From: Lytechinus pictus
Taxonomy: Eukaryota
NCBI RefSeq assembly: GCF_037042905.1
Contig: NC_087251.1
Span: 27,156,001-27,220,000, forward strand
DNA: 64,000 bases
Reading direction: 5' to 3'
The notes under the pieces: generated by a model
What the model was told of the DNA's origin: nothing
Database searches by the model: none
Seen by the model: only the letters and a program-made list of their open reading frames with translations
Translations under genes and position numbers: made by a program
In this document: in pieces, positions 11,882 to 24,700 of the stretch
Layout of the letters: every line of letters begins with the position of its first letter
Position numbering within the stretch: position 1 is the first letter of the stretch

Positions 11882-14800
11882 GGCAAGGACTACTCTTCCA
11901 TGTACTCCAATACATAAAATGGCTAAAATGTCATTTTTTCAAAGGTTTCACTTCAAATTATATCTCTGATAATTAAGTACATGGCCTATGGGAATGTTAT
12001 CCTTGCCCCTTGTCATAATTTACTTACCCAGTTGCCAATTTGAAATCTACATAGTTTTCGGGGTCTCAATTTTAAAGCAGCCATAATTTTCTAATTGCTT
12101 GTCCGATTTATTTCAAACTTTCACCATTCCGTTTTATTTATTTTTCTATTTTTCAACACAACATTTTATGACCAAGGCTGGATTCCCCTTTTGGCACCCA
12201 GTGACAGACGTACGTGTAATTAATGTATGGCATCTGCACAAACCATGGTTTCTGACAAAGGATTCACAAAGGCAATTTGCGAATTCAGGTCATAAGGAGT
12301 ATAACCATTCACATATTTACTACATCTGTACTTGTAATTACTATATCAAATGTACATATGAGCTGTATATCTAGAAAATGTAAATTATTCACTATTATGT
12401 AACAAAGTGAATAAGTAATTGTAATAAATCTGTTTACAGTTAAAAAAAAAATCTTATTTCTTAAAATGTAGATTCTTTGCTTCCTATGTGTATTTGAATC
12501 ATATTTTGCGCTGAACAAAACTCAAATTTAATTAATTTTTCAAGGGTGTGCATTGTTCTGGGTCAGATGGTCGAAGCTTACCTTCTTTTTATACAAAAAA
12601 TTAAATACATCCTTCAGTGATTGGACATCTATTTTATTGAAATACACCTTGTTTATAATATAAATTACACAGAAAATTGCGTTCATTTTCATCATAATCA
12701 AGATGAGAAGAAAGAAATATGGAGGAGAGAGAGGGGATGGGGGGAGGGTGATTAGCAAAGTAAATTTGTTGCTACATTTTTGAGTAAAATACCCATGTGA
12801 TTAACATTGAAAGGATTGTAGGCCCCATTCAGTTTTGAATTGTTTATGGGTATAGAATACAGGTGTGTGACATCACACTAATCAGTTTCAAATAATTGTC
12901 ACTAATTGCAATTATTACTAAGTCCCCTGTCCTAATCAAGGAGTTGTAAATGGATGGAGAGGAGCAATAAGTGTTGTACAGATGGGGGGGGGGGGGGGCT
13001 CTTGTCCCTCTAACATACTTTTCATGACTGAGGTTTTATAAAAAAGAGAAAAGGAAAGAAATATGAGATTAAATATATTATTTTCTGATTATGTCAAAAT
13101 CTATAACAAAATTAGTATTCAGTAAGAAAAATGTTGAAATTTTTTGTAGCTTGCTCGCAACTTTTTCAAGATCATACACCAAATCTAGCCCCCTCAATAT
13201 TTTTGGCTCATTACGCCACTGGGAGTAATTGAAGCCTTATTAGCTTTGAGTCATGTCTGAATGCACCCGTAGACACTATGTCAGTCATTAAGATGGGTAG
13301 ACAATTGAACTGGGGCCGAGGCCAAGGCCGGCGAAATGTGGCCTTGACTACATCTCCGAGGACTTGACACATACATATCATAAGGGGTATATGCCTTTGT
13401 TATGGTTCATCAGGGTCTGGAATATATGGAGCCATACATAATTCTTACCTTTTAGTGCGCATGATATGGGGAAAGAAAATGTACAATATTTCCTGAAAGA
13501 CAACTAAAATTTACTTGAATGTTACAAATTCAATGTCTGTATCGTAAGTTTGAATACATTTCAACTAAATCATCAAAATTTCTTGAATCGCTTCAGAATA
13601 CTTTACAGAACACGGTTACAAAAGTTTCATTCACTTACCAATGGTTGGAGTTTGACAAACATGCCATGTTTATACTAGTCTTCAGCCCTTGGATCAGAAA
13701 CTAAATAAGGAATAATTGCTTATTAGAATAAGACAAATTATCTTCTAAACTCAGAGCAGAGCCAACTGTCCTCTCCTCATGGTGTTCAAGTTGAAGTGTG
13801 ACAAATCTTCCTACACTATCAATCGACTCGATGTACTGAACCCAAATTAGGTGCATTGCTATGCATTCCTATTCAAAAATACAATGCTGGGCCAAGACAG
13901 TTGTTTCCAGCACAGCTGAATAACTCCCTACCATCAATGGTACATCAAACTTAAACATTCACACCAGAGAGAAAGCATTTTCAACATGACAATTGTGATG
14001 TATATATGGAAAATCACTTGCATTTTTAGCCCCTAACCATTTTTTGTTTTGTTTTGTTAGTAATATGATAAGGATTGCCAATATTAAGATATTTATATAT
14101 GAAAAAAAAATGAAAATGTCACTGCATTTTCCATGGAGGGGGGGGGGGGTGGGCAGTGGGAAGAAAAAATTAACATATAGATCACTGAGAAGATGATCAT
14201 ATTTGCACAGGAAGTTTATTTATATGATCACCTGGGGGGGGGGGGAGGCAGTTTAAACAAGCTATTTGTAGAGTTACATACCATTGAATGGCCAAAAACT
14301 TTTCTCGGACAATATACAGAATTATGACATACCTTTTTATGATCAGATTTAATAATTCTAAAATACATTGTGGCAACAAAACCCTTTTCCTGTGCATGTT
14401 AATAAAATAAATCTCAACAAACATCAGCATATTTCAATTAAAATGGTTGAAATCCGATTGGCTTAGAAGATCCCAGTGCTTTTTATGGCCATACATATCC
14501 TTGAGAATAGGAATGACAGAATCAATTGTACCTAAAAAGATATCTGCTCTTTTATTGCATAGACAAATAATACATCTGATGTGTGAACATGTAAGTTAGA
14601 TTCACAAAGTTAAACCACTTGCGATATTTTGTACAAGAAAGATACCAAAAGCAATAAGACCACAAGGAAATTTATTTGTAAGATGTACAGTTTTTAATAC
14701 ATATCAGTATCATACAAATATATACAAGGTGATCTTTGTTCATGTGCAAAATATAGATATTGACTGTAATGATCTCAGAGATATGAAAAAACAAAATTTT

Positions 14801-15067
14801 CATATCTTTCACAAGAAAAACACATCACTTTGAATAAAATATGGAAATATACAGATATATTTATAAAAGTAGCATATATTAAGGCATTAGTAGTATTTTT
14901 TAATGGAATCTTCATTGGGATGCAATAGACTCGAGGAAACACATTTCAAGGACGGATTGCACTTATATACATGAATACATATAGGCCTACTGATCAATTT
15001 CAATTACCGTAAAAGATCCTTTATAAGATTTTTCTTCAATGGTTAAAAATAAATATACATGAAAATA

Positions 15068-15487
15068 CCCGGGGGGGGGGGGGCAGTCAAATATATTGCT
15101 GTACACACGCATGACCAAGGAATTTCCAAACACCCCCTAAACAAGTTTTTCTCTGTGAGCAAAATAACCCCCTAAACAAGTTTTTTTGCGGGCTTTATTT
15201 ACACATTTTGGCCCCTAAACAAGTTGTCGCCAAAATAAAACACATTTGGCTAGTCTTTAAAAAAAAAAAAGATTTGGGGAAAAACATACCCTAAATACGT
15301 TTGACCCTGCGATTGACCATTGACCAGTCTTTCAAAACCACCCTTTTTCGTGAAAATCTGTTTTTTGATACCCTTAACGAGTCCACGCGCGGACCGCGTC
15401 CAAAACTGAAAAAACACCCCTTTAAAAACACTTTTTTTTTTCATGCGTGTGTACAGCAATATGCCCCCCCCCCCCCCCCCCCCCGGG
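15068..15487. mobile_element. CCCGGG-ended non-autonomous element (animal EnSpm-like), copy 1
   Basis: cccggggg...gctgtacacacgcatga / tcatgcgtgtgtacagc...cccccggg; internal cccctaaacaag subrepeats; second copy at 32722. Confidence 0.75.
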
Positions 15488-17017
15488 GAAAATATCAACA
15501 ACAACAAAGAAACTACTTTCAAACACCACATCTTACATAGGCTAAAATCCAAACACCAACTTGAGATATTTTTTTACTCATAAGGAATCACTAGACAGAA
15601 ATCAGTAGGAGAGACACTAAAATTATAACTAAGCATTATTTCACAAAATATTTTTTTCAAATGCTTCCTATATTATACAAAAATACATGTAGATTAAAAT
15701 TTTGTTTCTGCCAAACATCTGCTCATATTTTTTTTTCCTATGACACAATGGCTGCAAATGATTTTAGAATTGACTTGAATATTTTAAAATCAGCTGTCAT
15801 GGAATAAGATATATATTTTCTCAGCATGCAACAATTCATTAATGATACAATTTTATTATTATACGTTAAACATAATTTTTGAGCAGTCAACAATGGCAAA
15901 CCACAAGTATTTTGTTTCTTCGACTATTCATCTTGACAGCAAACATAAATCTCACACAACAACAATGCCTGCATAATGCTAGGCTATCATTGTGAATACT
16001 AAAAAATATAATTCGTACTAATCAATGTACCTCAGTGAAAAACAGTAGTCATGGCAGCATGATGTAAGACTCCAAGTTGCTTCTTTATTAAAAAAATCGA
16101 CCTTTTATGAGAAGTAAAACTACCTTTCAACCACAATAAATATAACAACCAAATGAGAATAGATTAAATCACAATGGAAATTCCACGAGTGCACATATTT
16201 TTAAAGATAGATATCAAACAGATCTCCACTGTCCAACTTACAGAACTAAGTAACTTTTAAGTAATTTTAACCAAGTAACATGTTTAAAGTCAAGAAACAA
16301 ATCACATTTCATGGTATAACATCAATCTTGTGTAAAAGCTGGCTTGCAATGTAGCTGGGTCTGAAACGGTCTTCAAATCATACCTAACAAAAAATATAAT
16401 TTCTCTGGAGCTGGTGAAAATAACATCATACGACATGTCAATAAATATGAATAATTTCTTTGGACAATAATCAGTCAAGGCATCAAATATGGATGGAATG
16501 ATTTTGAATTCATGATTAGAAGGCACATTTTGCATCAAGAGGATAGTGGAAATACTACTGATGAATTACAATTAAAGTGTTGTAGAATGATATAATATTT
16601 TGAATACATCATAAATATTCATAATTGATTACATTACTTTAAGGACTCCAATCATCACATACTTGAATACATAAAACAGTTTTGGTAAATATATAATGGA
16701 ATGTATGGTTCTTTGATGCATAGGTTTCACCTATTGTAAAAATTCATATTTTCATGCAACTTATTTGTCACACTCAGCCAGATAAAACTACATGTGCAAT
16801 TTCACTTTCCACAGACAGTACTAAGGATGACTGCATTCATCGCACAATTGTCATATTAGGCAAAGTGCATGAAAATATCTATTGTGCAAATGTTCCAATT
16901 TTTTGTTACAATTTCTTTATTCAACTATCACAATGCTTTTTCACAAGATGCATCCTATCATTGTACAATTGTCAAACGAAATATTATATTCTCATGACAA
17001 TTACGAGCCTCCATCAT

Positions 17018-17285
17018 AAATGCTAAAATACCTATAGAAAACATAGATGTACAAACAATCTGATGCCATATGTTGTATGGTTCTAAAGTTTTATCTATTA
17101 ATTTAGTTAATCTTCAATAAATATATTTGCATATCGGATAAAGCTATGCTGACTTGTGAACTTTCATTATAAATGCTAAAATACCTATAGAAAATATAGA
17201 TGCACAAACAGAGTGAATCTGATCCCATATGTTGTATGGTTCTAAAGTTTTATCACTTAATTTAGTTTAAATGTGCATATCAGAT
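17018..17285. repeat. Local tandem duplication, about 153-bp unit
   Basis: aaatgctaaaatacctatagaaaa...ccatatgttgtatggttctaaagttttatc occurs from 17018 and from 17171. Confidence 0.85.
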
Positions 17286-18523
17286 AATACAACGCTGCTC
17301 AGTAATACAATAAAAAGTCTCTATCAGAGAAACTAAGAAAAAGCAAGTGCGCTTTACTGACAGTTATGAAATAATAAACAGCATCAATAAAATGTCAATA
17401 CTGCTTTAAGAAAAGTGGAGCCGAGGTGAAAGAAAATAGCCAAAGAACAATTACCATTTTTCCCTGTGAAAATAATTCAGCGAAGTTTTAAAACGGAATC
17501 CACTAAAATCTTGTTATGTATCTCTAAATTGAAACTGAGTATAAATTCAAAACCTATACATGCAAGATAATCCTAAACATACACACACACACTGACATAA
17601 AGATAAATATTATCACTATTTGTAGTGTTCAAGTTTTAAAATATATTGTTATTATACAGAAACTATATAATAACTTCTTGTTCTATATTAAGCATTTATA
17701 GCACTGAGGATATAAATACTGAAATTTTTGACAAGCATGATCGGGCGATAAAAGATTTCTTATGACTTTATAGAAATTCTCTTTTCCAAATTATACAATT
17801 TTGCTGAAAATAAAGGGTTTGATTTTTTTTTTGTGATGCGGATCTAGAAAGAGTTTCAAAAATTCTACAAAAATGTATAAAACAACATGATTTACAAAAT
17901 ACAAATCTGATGATAAGTCAATGCTGCATCTTTTATTAAAATCTCATGTTTCCATATTGTTTTTTCTAGATGCTAATATTGGAGGATTAGTGTGGAAACA
18001 ACACTGAGCAGGGTACCTACTAAAAGAGGCCGATCAGAATTTTGTTCAGGTGCCTTAACTTAAAGGAAGAAGCTCTGATTTTTTTTTCAAAATTTGTCCT
18101 TGATTTGGGATATTTTCTGTATGCTCTACATGATGCTAAAGCAATTGAAGTCACATAGCCCCCAATTTATGAAATATAGACATTTCAAAAGCAAGTAACT
18201 ATATGTACACACATAAAACAATACAATGACACATTTTCCTCATTTACTAAGAAACTCATCTACCAGAGTGACATTCTTTTTGTCAGTGAATGGCATTTAA
18301 TTTCTGTGACCCATTGCATAAAAAATACCATTCATGGTAACTTTACCTTCAAATGAAAAATACCATTGTAATGATGCCTAACAGCCAATCAAAATCAAGG
18401 ATTCCATGCAATGTACCATATTGGATGGCAAAGTTACCATAAGAGTAAATATCATGTAATAGAGCCCTGTACTACTTCTGCAATCTACACTGACATCGGT
18501 GGGTCAAAATGGAAGTCCCTAAG

Positions 18524-18751
18524 TTACAGGTCCTGGACTACTACTGATAGTCTTGGAACTACACTGACCCTGTTGGGTCTAGGTGGTGTATCTATTGAGT
18601 CCAGGGATCTGGTTAGATTGCTGCGATATTGCTTCTGATGTGTGGAACCGGGAGTAGAGCTAGAATCTCCGGTGCTAGCCCTGGCACTACGAGGGACCTG
18701 GATGGATCCCACTTCACTGGCTGCGTCGTTCCCCTCGTTGCCATCAAACAC
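18524..18751 (-). CDS. Terminal coding exon of the RGS-like gene (VFDGNEG...SVVVQDL*)
   Basis: ttcacag|GTG in phase 0, GC-richer than flanks, TAA at 18526-18524. Confidence 0.75.
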   Translation of the reverse strand: MFDGNEGNDAASEVGSIQVPRSARASTGDSSSTPGSTHQKQYRSNLTRSLDSIDTPPRPNRVSVVPRLSVVVQDL

Positions 18752-21700
18752 CTGTGAATGAAGAGCAGATGGGAGGGTGTTAAAGGATTGTAGAAAAAAA
18801 ATCCCAGCTGAACATTTTAAACTGTTAATTTGTAAAATATTATGCATAATTAATATTTCACTGCAAAGTGGACTTCATGACCCCCTCCCCCCAAAAAATC
18901 AAAATATTCAAAGTGAATTGGTTTATGAATATATTTGATGTACATATAGGCTTTATGACTAATGCATGGGGGACTGTATTAATATAGTCCCACCTCTGTA
19001 ATTCTGTGTGATGATGAATATATTGGAACATTTTTACATTTTTAGTATAGTGTTTGTCAATATAATCCTGCAGAAGAGAAGATATATGCCTTGCCAATGT
19101 TTGGTGTGCTTGGAATCTATATGTTAATTTATTCTAACATTCAATAATGTAATATGTACAATCTATCATTTAAGATAGGCTTCCTAACAATTATTTTACA
19201 TTTTTCTATCCTAATTACATTCATTAAGAGAAAAAAATATTGTAAAATGTCCTAACCATGTATGTTGAAGAGATTTCAAACCATGAGACCTTTAAATTTT
19301 TTTAAATCATATTATCAGCCATTGGACTTCTTAATTTAATTATTTTGAGCATTCTCTATCTGTCTTATCTGACATTGATGTGAAATTCACAAAAGGAATA
19401 AAATACAAAGAATAAATAGAGATCTCTTTGACCGTATGATATGAACTCCCCTTTCTTTGTGGTGAGGGAGACTGTATTTTTGCTAAGAAACTTTTAACAT
19501 TTTTTCACTCATTGTCACATTCAACTTGAATGAATGATGTCTATGATAAATAAATTCAAAATTTCAATATAAACACATCTCTACTTCTATCACTTCAGTT
19601 CAATTCAGTGCTGGAAAAACCTATAATTCTTACTTTTCAACAACAACAAAAAATCAAAATTTTGTGCAAGAATGAAACTACAAAATGAAAATAAAAATAC
19701 TCTATTTAACAACGACAGAAAAAGAGTGCCATAATTTTGTATGTGTATGACTCTTATTATGTGCTGAAATAGGTTAAATTGACAATCACACCCCCCTCTC
19801 TTTCATTTTTTTTCTTCTATTCTTATTTTCTATTTCTTTTGACGGAGGGAAAAGGATGAGTAGCTATTAAAGTTACGTCGTATTTCATAACATATAACAC
19901 AATGCTGTAGTGCAATTAGCGTATATACTGCAATGGCTAAAATATTCAGTTTTAATTCTAGATTCTCTCAATATGTACGCAAGTAATTCAACGTATTACA
20001 TGAAGTGTACATAAATTGTAACCCATGGCTTGAGACTACAGATTCAAAACCATCTTGTTAATTTGAGTCATTTGGTCTACCTACCTAATGAATGATTGGT
20101 GTTAACAAGTAGCAAGGATGCCATTTCGGTAAAAAGAATTGCAGTATTTTGAGGGATGCAAAAAATGCTTTTGGGTGTAAAAAAGAGGGTATTTCCAACT
20201 TTAACCAAGTATGTGTATAATACAGATTGAGGGAAAAGGTTTTTTTTCCTAAAACTTGCAGTATTTTTATGTCAGAAAAAGAAACCAAAACTGCCAAAAA
20301 AACGAGTGGAACGCCTCTGGCAGTCTCGCCTGCATTACGCAATTCGATATAGCAGCAGTGCTGCCTTTGAAAACAGCTAATGAATAATTATTCACAGAAG
20401 AAAACACTAATATGATAATAAAATATTATGTCCATTGACCTAAAATGACCTTTGACCATGTGGCCTAAGACATGCGCAAAACAATTATACTTGATTACCC
20501 TTATGTCGATGTTTCATGAGCTAAATCTAAATATTTTCGAAGTTATGACAATATTTCAAAAACTTAACCTTGGTTAAGATTTTGATATTGATTCCCCCAA
20601 CATGGTCCAAGTTCATTGACCATTTGACCCTAAATGACCTTTGACCTTGATCATGTGACCTGAAACTCAAGCAGGATGTTCAGTAATACTTGCTTACCCT
20701 TATGTCCAAGTTTCATGAACTAGGTTCATACACTTTCTAAGTTATGATGACATTTCAAAAACCTTGGTTAAGATTTCAATGTTGAGGACGCCGCCGTCGG
20801 AAAAGCGGCGCCTATAGTCTCGCTCTGCTATGCAGGCGAGACAAAAAGGGAATAGTTGGCATCTCTGAAATAGGCATATTGATTTTATTATTTGATTAAT
20901 ACTCATATTAGCTGAATAACATCACAATAAAAACAACTGCAAAATGTAAATACAATGTGCACAATATTTTATGTAATTTCAAATGTTAGTGTAATAAATA
21001 TGTGTGAAGCATATGACATCACAAAATATCATACAATTATATGCCATTACATACCACTGTGATCCACAGCATTTTATAGTGGTACAATATAAAACATTAG
21101 TGTGGTTTAATAGCAAACATTAACACTCCTGTTAGCTGACCTCTACTACGGTATGACTTCAACTTGAGCCCATTCCTTTGTTAAGCAATAAGAGAGAACC
21201 CAGGGATAAATAACAAATATCAATTAATAACAATAATAATAAAAAAATCATCAATAATCATACCGGTACCAGAACCCATCCAATATAACTGAACAAGAAA
21301 AATATTAGAAAGCCTCCTCATGATACAATTAACACAATGTCCATGATGGCAGACATTCCAGAACCCCAATGCACAGGTAATATCAAGTTTACAACGATGG
21401 ATTCTCCTTTCAAAATCATATGTGTAATCTTATCTCATGTGAAGAAATATCGTGAACTGAATTTAAAGGATGATGTACAGGGCTATTGACATTAAACTCT
21501 TTAGGTGATGTATTAAAAGCATTGGTGACTGAACTTTAAAAATTTAGTTCTAAAATATGAAAGAAAGAATGAAAACAAAGGAAGAGAAAGACACAGAAGA
21601 AAATCAAAATATAATTCAACCTTGTGTTCAGTTTGGTGATACTTTGATAAAGAATGGGAAGTGGAGACAATCTCATATAATCTCCCTGCATTCCAATACT

Positions 21701-24700
21701 GTAACTTAAAAGTGGACAATATCTTACTATACTCATCCCTTTGGTATTGTGGGTGGGAAATATAAAAAATCACCCATTTCAGCTCTTTCTATTCTATTTG
21801 ATACAACAAAACACATTAAATTTTTCTCTTGTAAGTATTGTTGTCAAAAGGGTAAAAAATTTAACAATCAAGAATATTTTTATACCTACTGATCAATTAC
21901 TATGAATTTTTCTTGTACATCCTCCTTAATTGATAATTTCCCCCAAAAAAGAAATAACCTCTTGAAAACATAAGAATTATGACAGTTACACAAAAAAAAA
22001 ACACAAATTATTCATACTAAGGCAATCAAACACACATACAATACAAACCATTCTGGCCAAAATAAAATAACTGCATTCTCAATAAGCACTAATTACAAAA
22101 GCCATATCAATCCACACTGTAACAACAAATTTCCAAATATTATCAATATTTCACTTTTTACCAATTTGTTCAATCACAGTCATAATCACTTCAGAAATCA
22201 GCATTCACACATGTCAGAAGATTAATTACCATAACACCTATATTCATTATTTTAAAATCATATTTACATTCATCCTCAAGAGAAACCATCACGAGTTAGT
22301 GCAAGGGTATATTGATAGATGAGTTGATTCTCTTGCCACTCTAACTAAAAATGTGTATTACATACATGTAGATGGAAGACACAACCCTCTATTTCTGCTT
22401 TCATCTTCCCAATTTTCCCCCTCTTCTCTGTTTTGTCTTCACTTGAAATGACAAGGAGAGGATGGGATGCCCCAACCCTGCCCCCTACCCCTATAATACT
22501 TTCATAAAAAACTTCAAATTTATTTTAATATCCCTGTCAATTGCACCAGGGGATACACCATAGAAAAGTGTGGTTTGGGTGCTGCGTTTTAATGGTCATA
22601 TCTAAACTGGGGGCTTCAAGAGATACAAAATGATATGTATTCATGGGTGTGTGGAGGATAATATTTAACTTAGCTTTTAATTACCATATGCAACACAAAA
22701 GATATTCTTCACTTTCTGCATTTATCAACTGCAAGACATCCTGAGAAAATTCTTGAAGTTCACGGAAGCTTTGTCTTTTGAATTCTCTTTCCTTAATCCA
22801 TCACTTTTCAGCCAAAGTAAAATTTCATGAAAGTTGTCTGCACTAACTAACAGGTCATTCTCTGACAGTCAACACAGTAACAGACATGAGGGTCCTCTTT
22901 CATGAAGACTTGTTATAATAACAAATGCACAATTTCTATGACAATTTTGTTGTCAGCCAATCAAATCGAGAGATTTCAGTAGCTTTTAACTGTTACTGCA
23001 AATTTGTTTCTGTAACAAGTTTTAGGAAACAAGACCCTGAGCGACTCAGCCAATCAAAACCACAGGATTTACTGAACATGCTAGAACTAACAATTTAGTC
23101 AGTACCAACAATTTTCATAAATCAGTCATCAGCACTAGTTTTATATCACCTTGTGCAGCATTTTAATGTTAAACCAATCCTAAGTTTCATGACATGCTTT
23201 TAAAATTTCTTGTATGCAATGAACACAACTTGTGGTATGGATATGGAGGGCCCATTTTCTGATTGAAATGAAAATTAATTCTAAATTGAGTCGATGTGAT
23301 CTCCGAATTGACCTCAGATGTCTTGTACAGTTGATCATAACAAATGATTAAATCAAAACATGATTCTATTGAAATGAAATGCTAGCATTGATGAAATGAA
23401 TTAAATGAATTTGATATGATCAAAGGATGACAGTTGTGCAACCAAGCATGACCCAGAAAGCACCAAGGGTGTAAAAGAGAGAGGTGTATCTTACCTGCTT
23501 CTATGAGCCACAAGAAAGGAAATATTTGACAGATTTACACATTACACTCATGAAGGATAGATAACTTTTACAACTTGTACAAAAAAAGTCACATATATAA
23601 CTCTCACGAAATCCAAAGTCACATATATAACTCTCACGAAATCCATCCCCAACTCCTGAAATTATCTCCCCAAAGTATAGAGAACAAAAAAGAATAACCG
23701 GAAATTATTACCATAAGGTATGAAAACAGGTAAACCAGAATCAAAGAAAAACCCAAAACACATAAAAATATAAATTTTAAGATAATTACAGCCACTTTTT
23801 TCTATGTGTGTTTGTAAAATTGAAGTATAAAACAAAGAAAACAAAGAAAATGGTAAGTTTCTTTTGATACAAATTTCAGAAAACAGCTTTTTCATATTTA
23901 TTGATTCTAATCTTATCTTATTTGAAATCAATGAATCCATTCATTTAACTATAAATTTGTTGCTTACTTCAACAAAATATGAATACAATACCCCTAAAAA
24001 ATATGATATATTAGATGCTCATTACAAAATTATGAACATCAATTAAAGAGCATTAATTAACAAATATAAATTCTTTATATTCAAATCCTTTTAAAGGATG
24101 AAATAACTAGCAGCTAGTTTGGTTCACCTCATTTTGTTGGCATAGACATTTACAATAACTTGTACATGCAAATGATGAAGATTAAATATTGTAAATGAGC
24201 AAAAAGTTATAGATAAAAAGCATGCACATGCAAAGTAAATTTAAAGATTCTGATGAATGCATGCATCTGAGAGGGCTAAAGATGTTTATAATGTCCACGA
24301 AAAGAAAGTCTTATGAATGTTCCACAATATTGCTAAAAAACCACAAAAACATGGGATTGCAAACATGCATGATTTTGAAATTTTTATGAAAAGAGAAATA
24401 AAGATAAGAAATTTATAGATCAATTGATTCAATGTTAGCACAACTTACCTTCCATTGCAAGCCATCGCCGATAGAGAATGTTATCCCAGTCCCACCAGTG
24501 CGATTCTGTGGTGGGTTATTGACCAGCGGTAACTTGAATTCCGTGCTTGGTTCTTTCATTTCCATAAATTTTCTCAGTCGATCTCGGGCAAGTTTCTCAT
24601 ACTTTGAATCTGCAATCATTATTATGGTGAAAATCAAAGTAGCCTGTTGACTGCCGAAATTTGCAATTCTCAAATCACACAATTTCAGTAGGCATCGTTT

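Larger units (their letters stand above)
8392..12189. mobile_element. Kolobok-like non-autonomous element, split by the 8593-11881 insertion
   Basis: Termini aggagaatccaacc / ggctggattcccct with further inverted subterminal similarity; flanks are degenerate TTAA. Confidence 0.6.
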
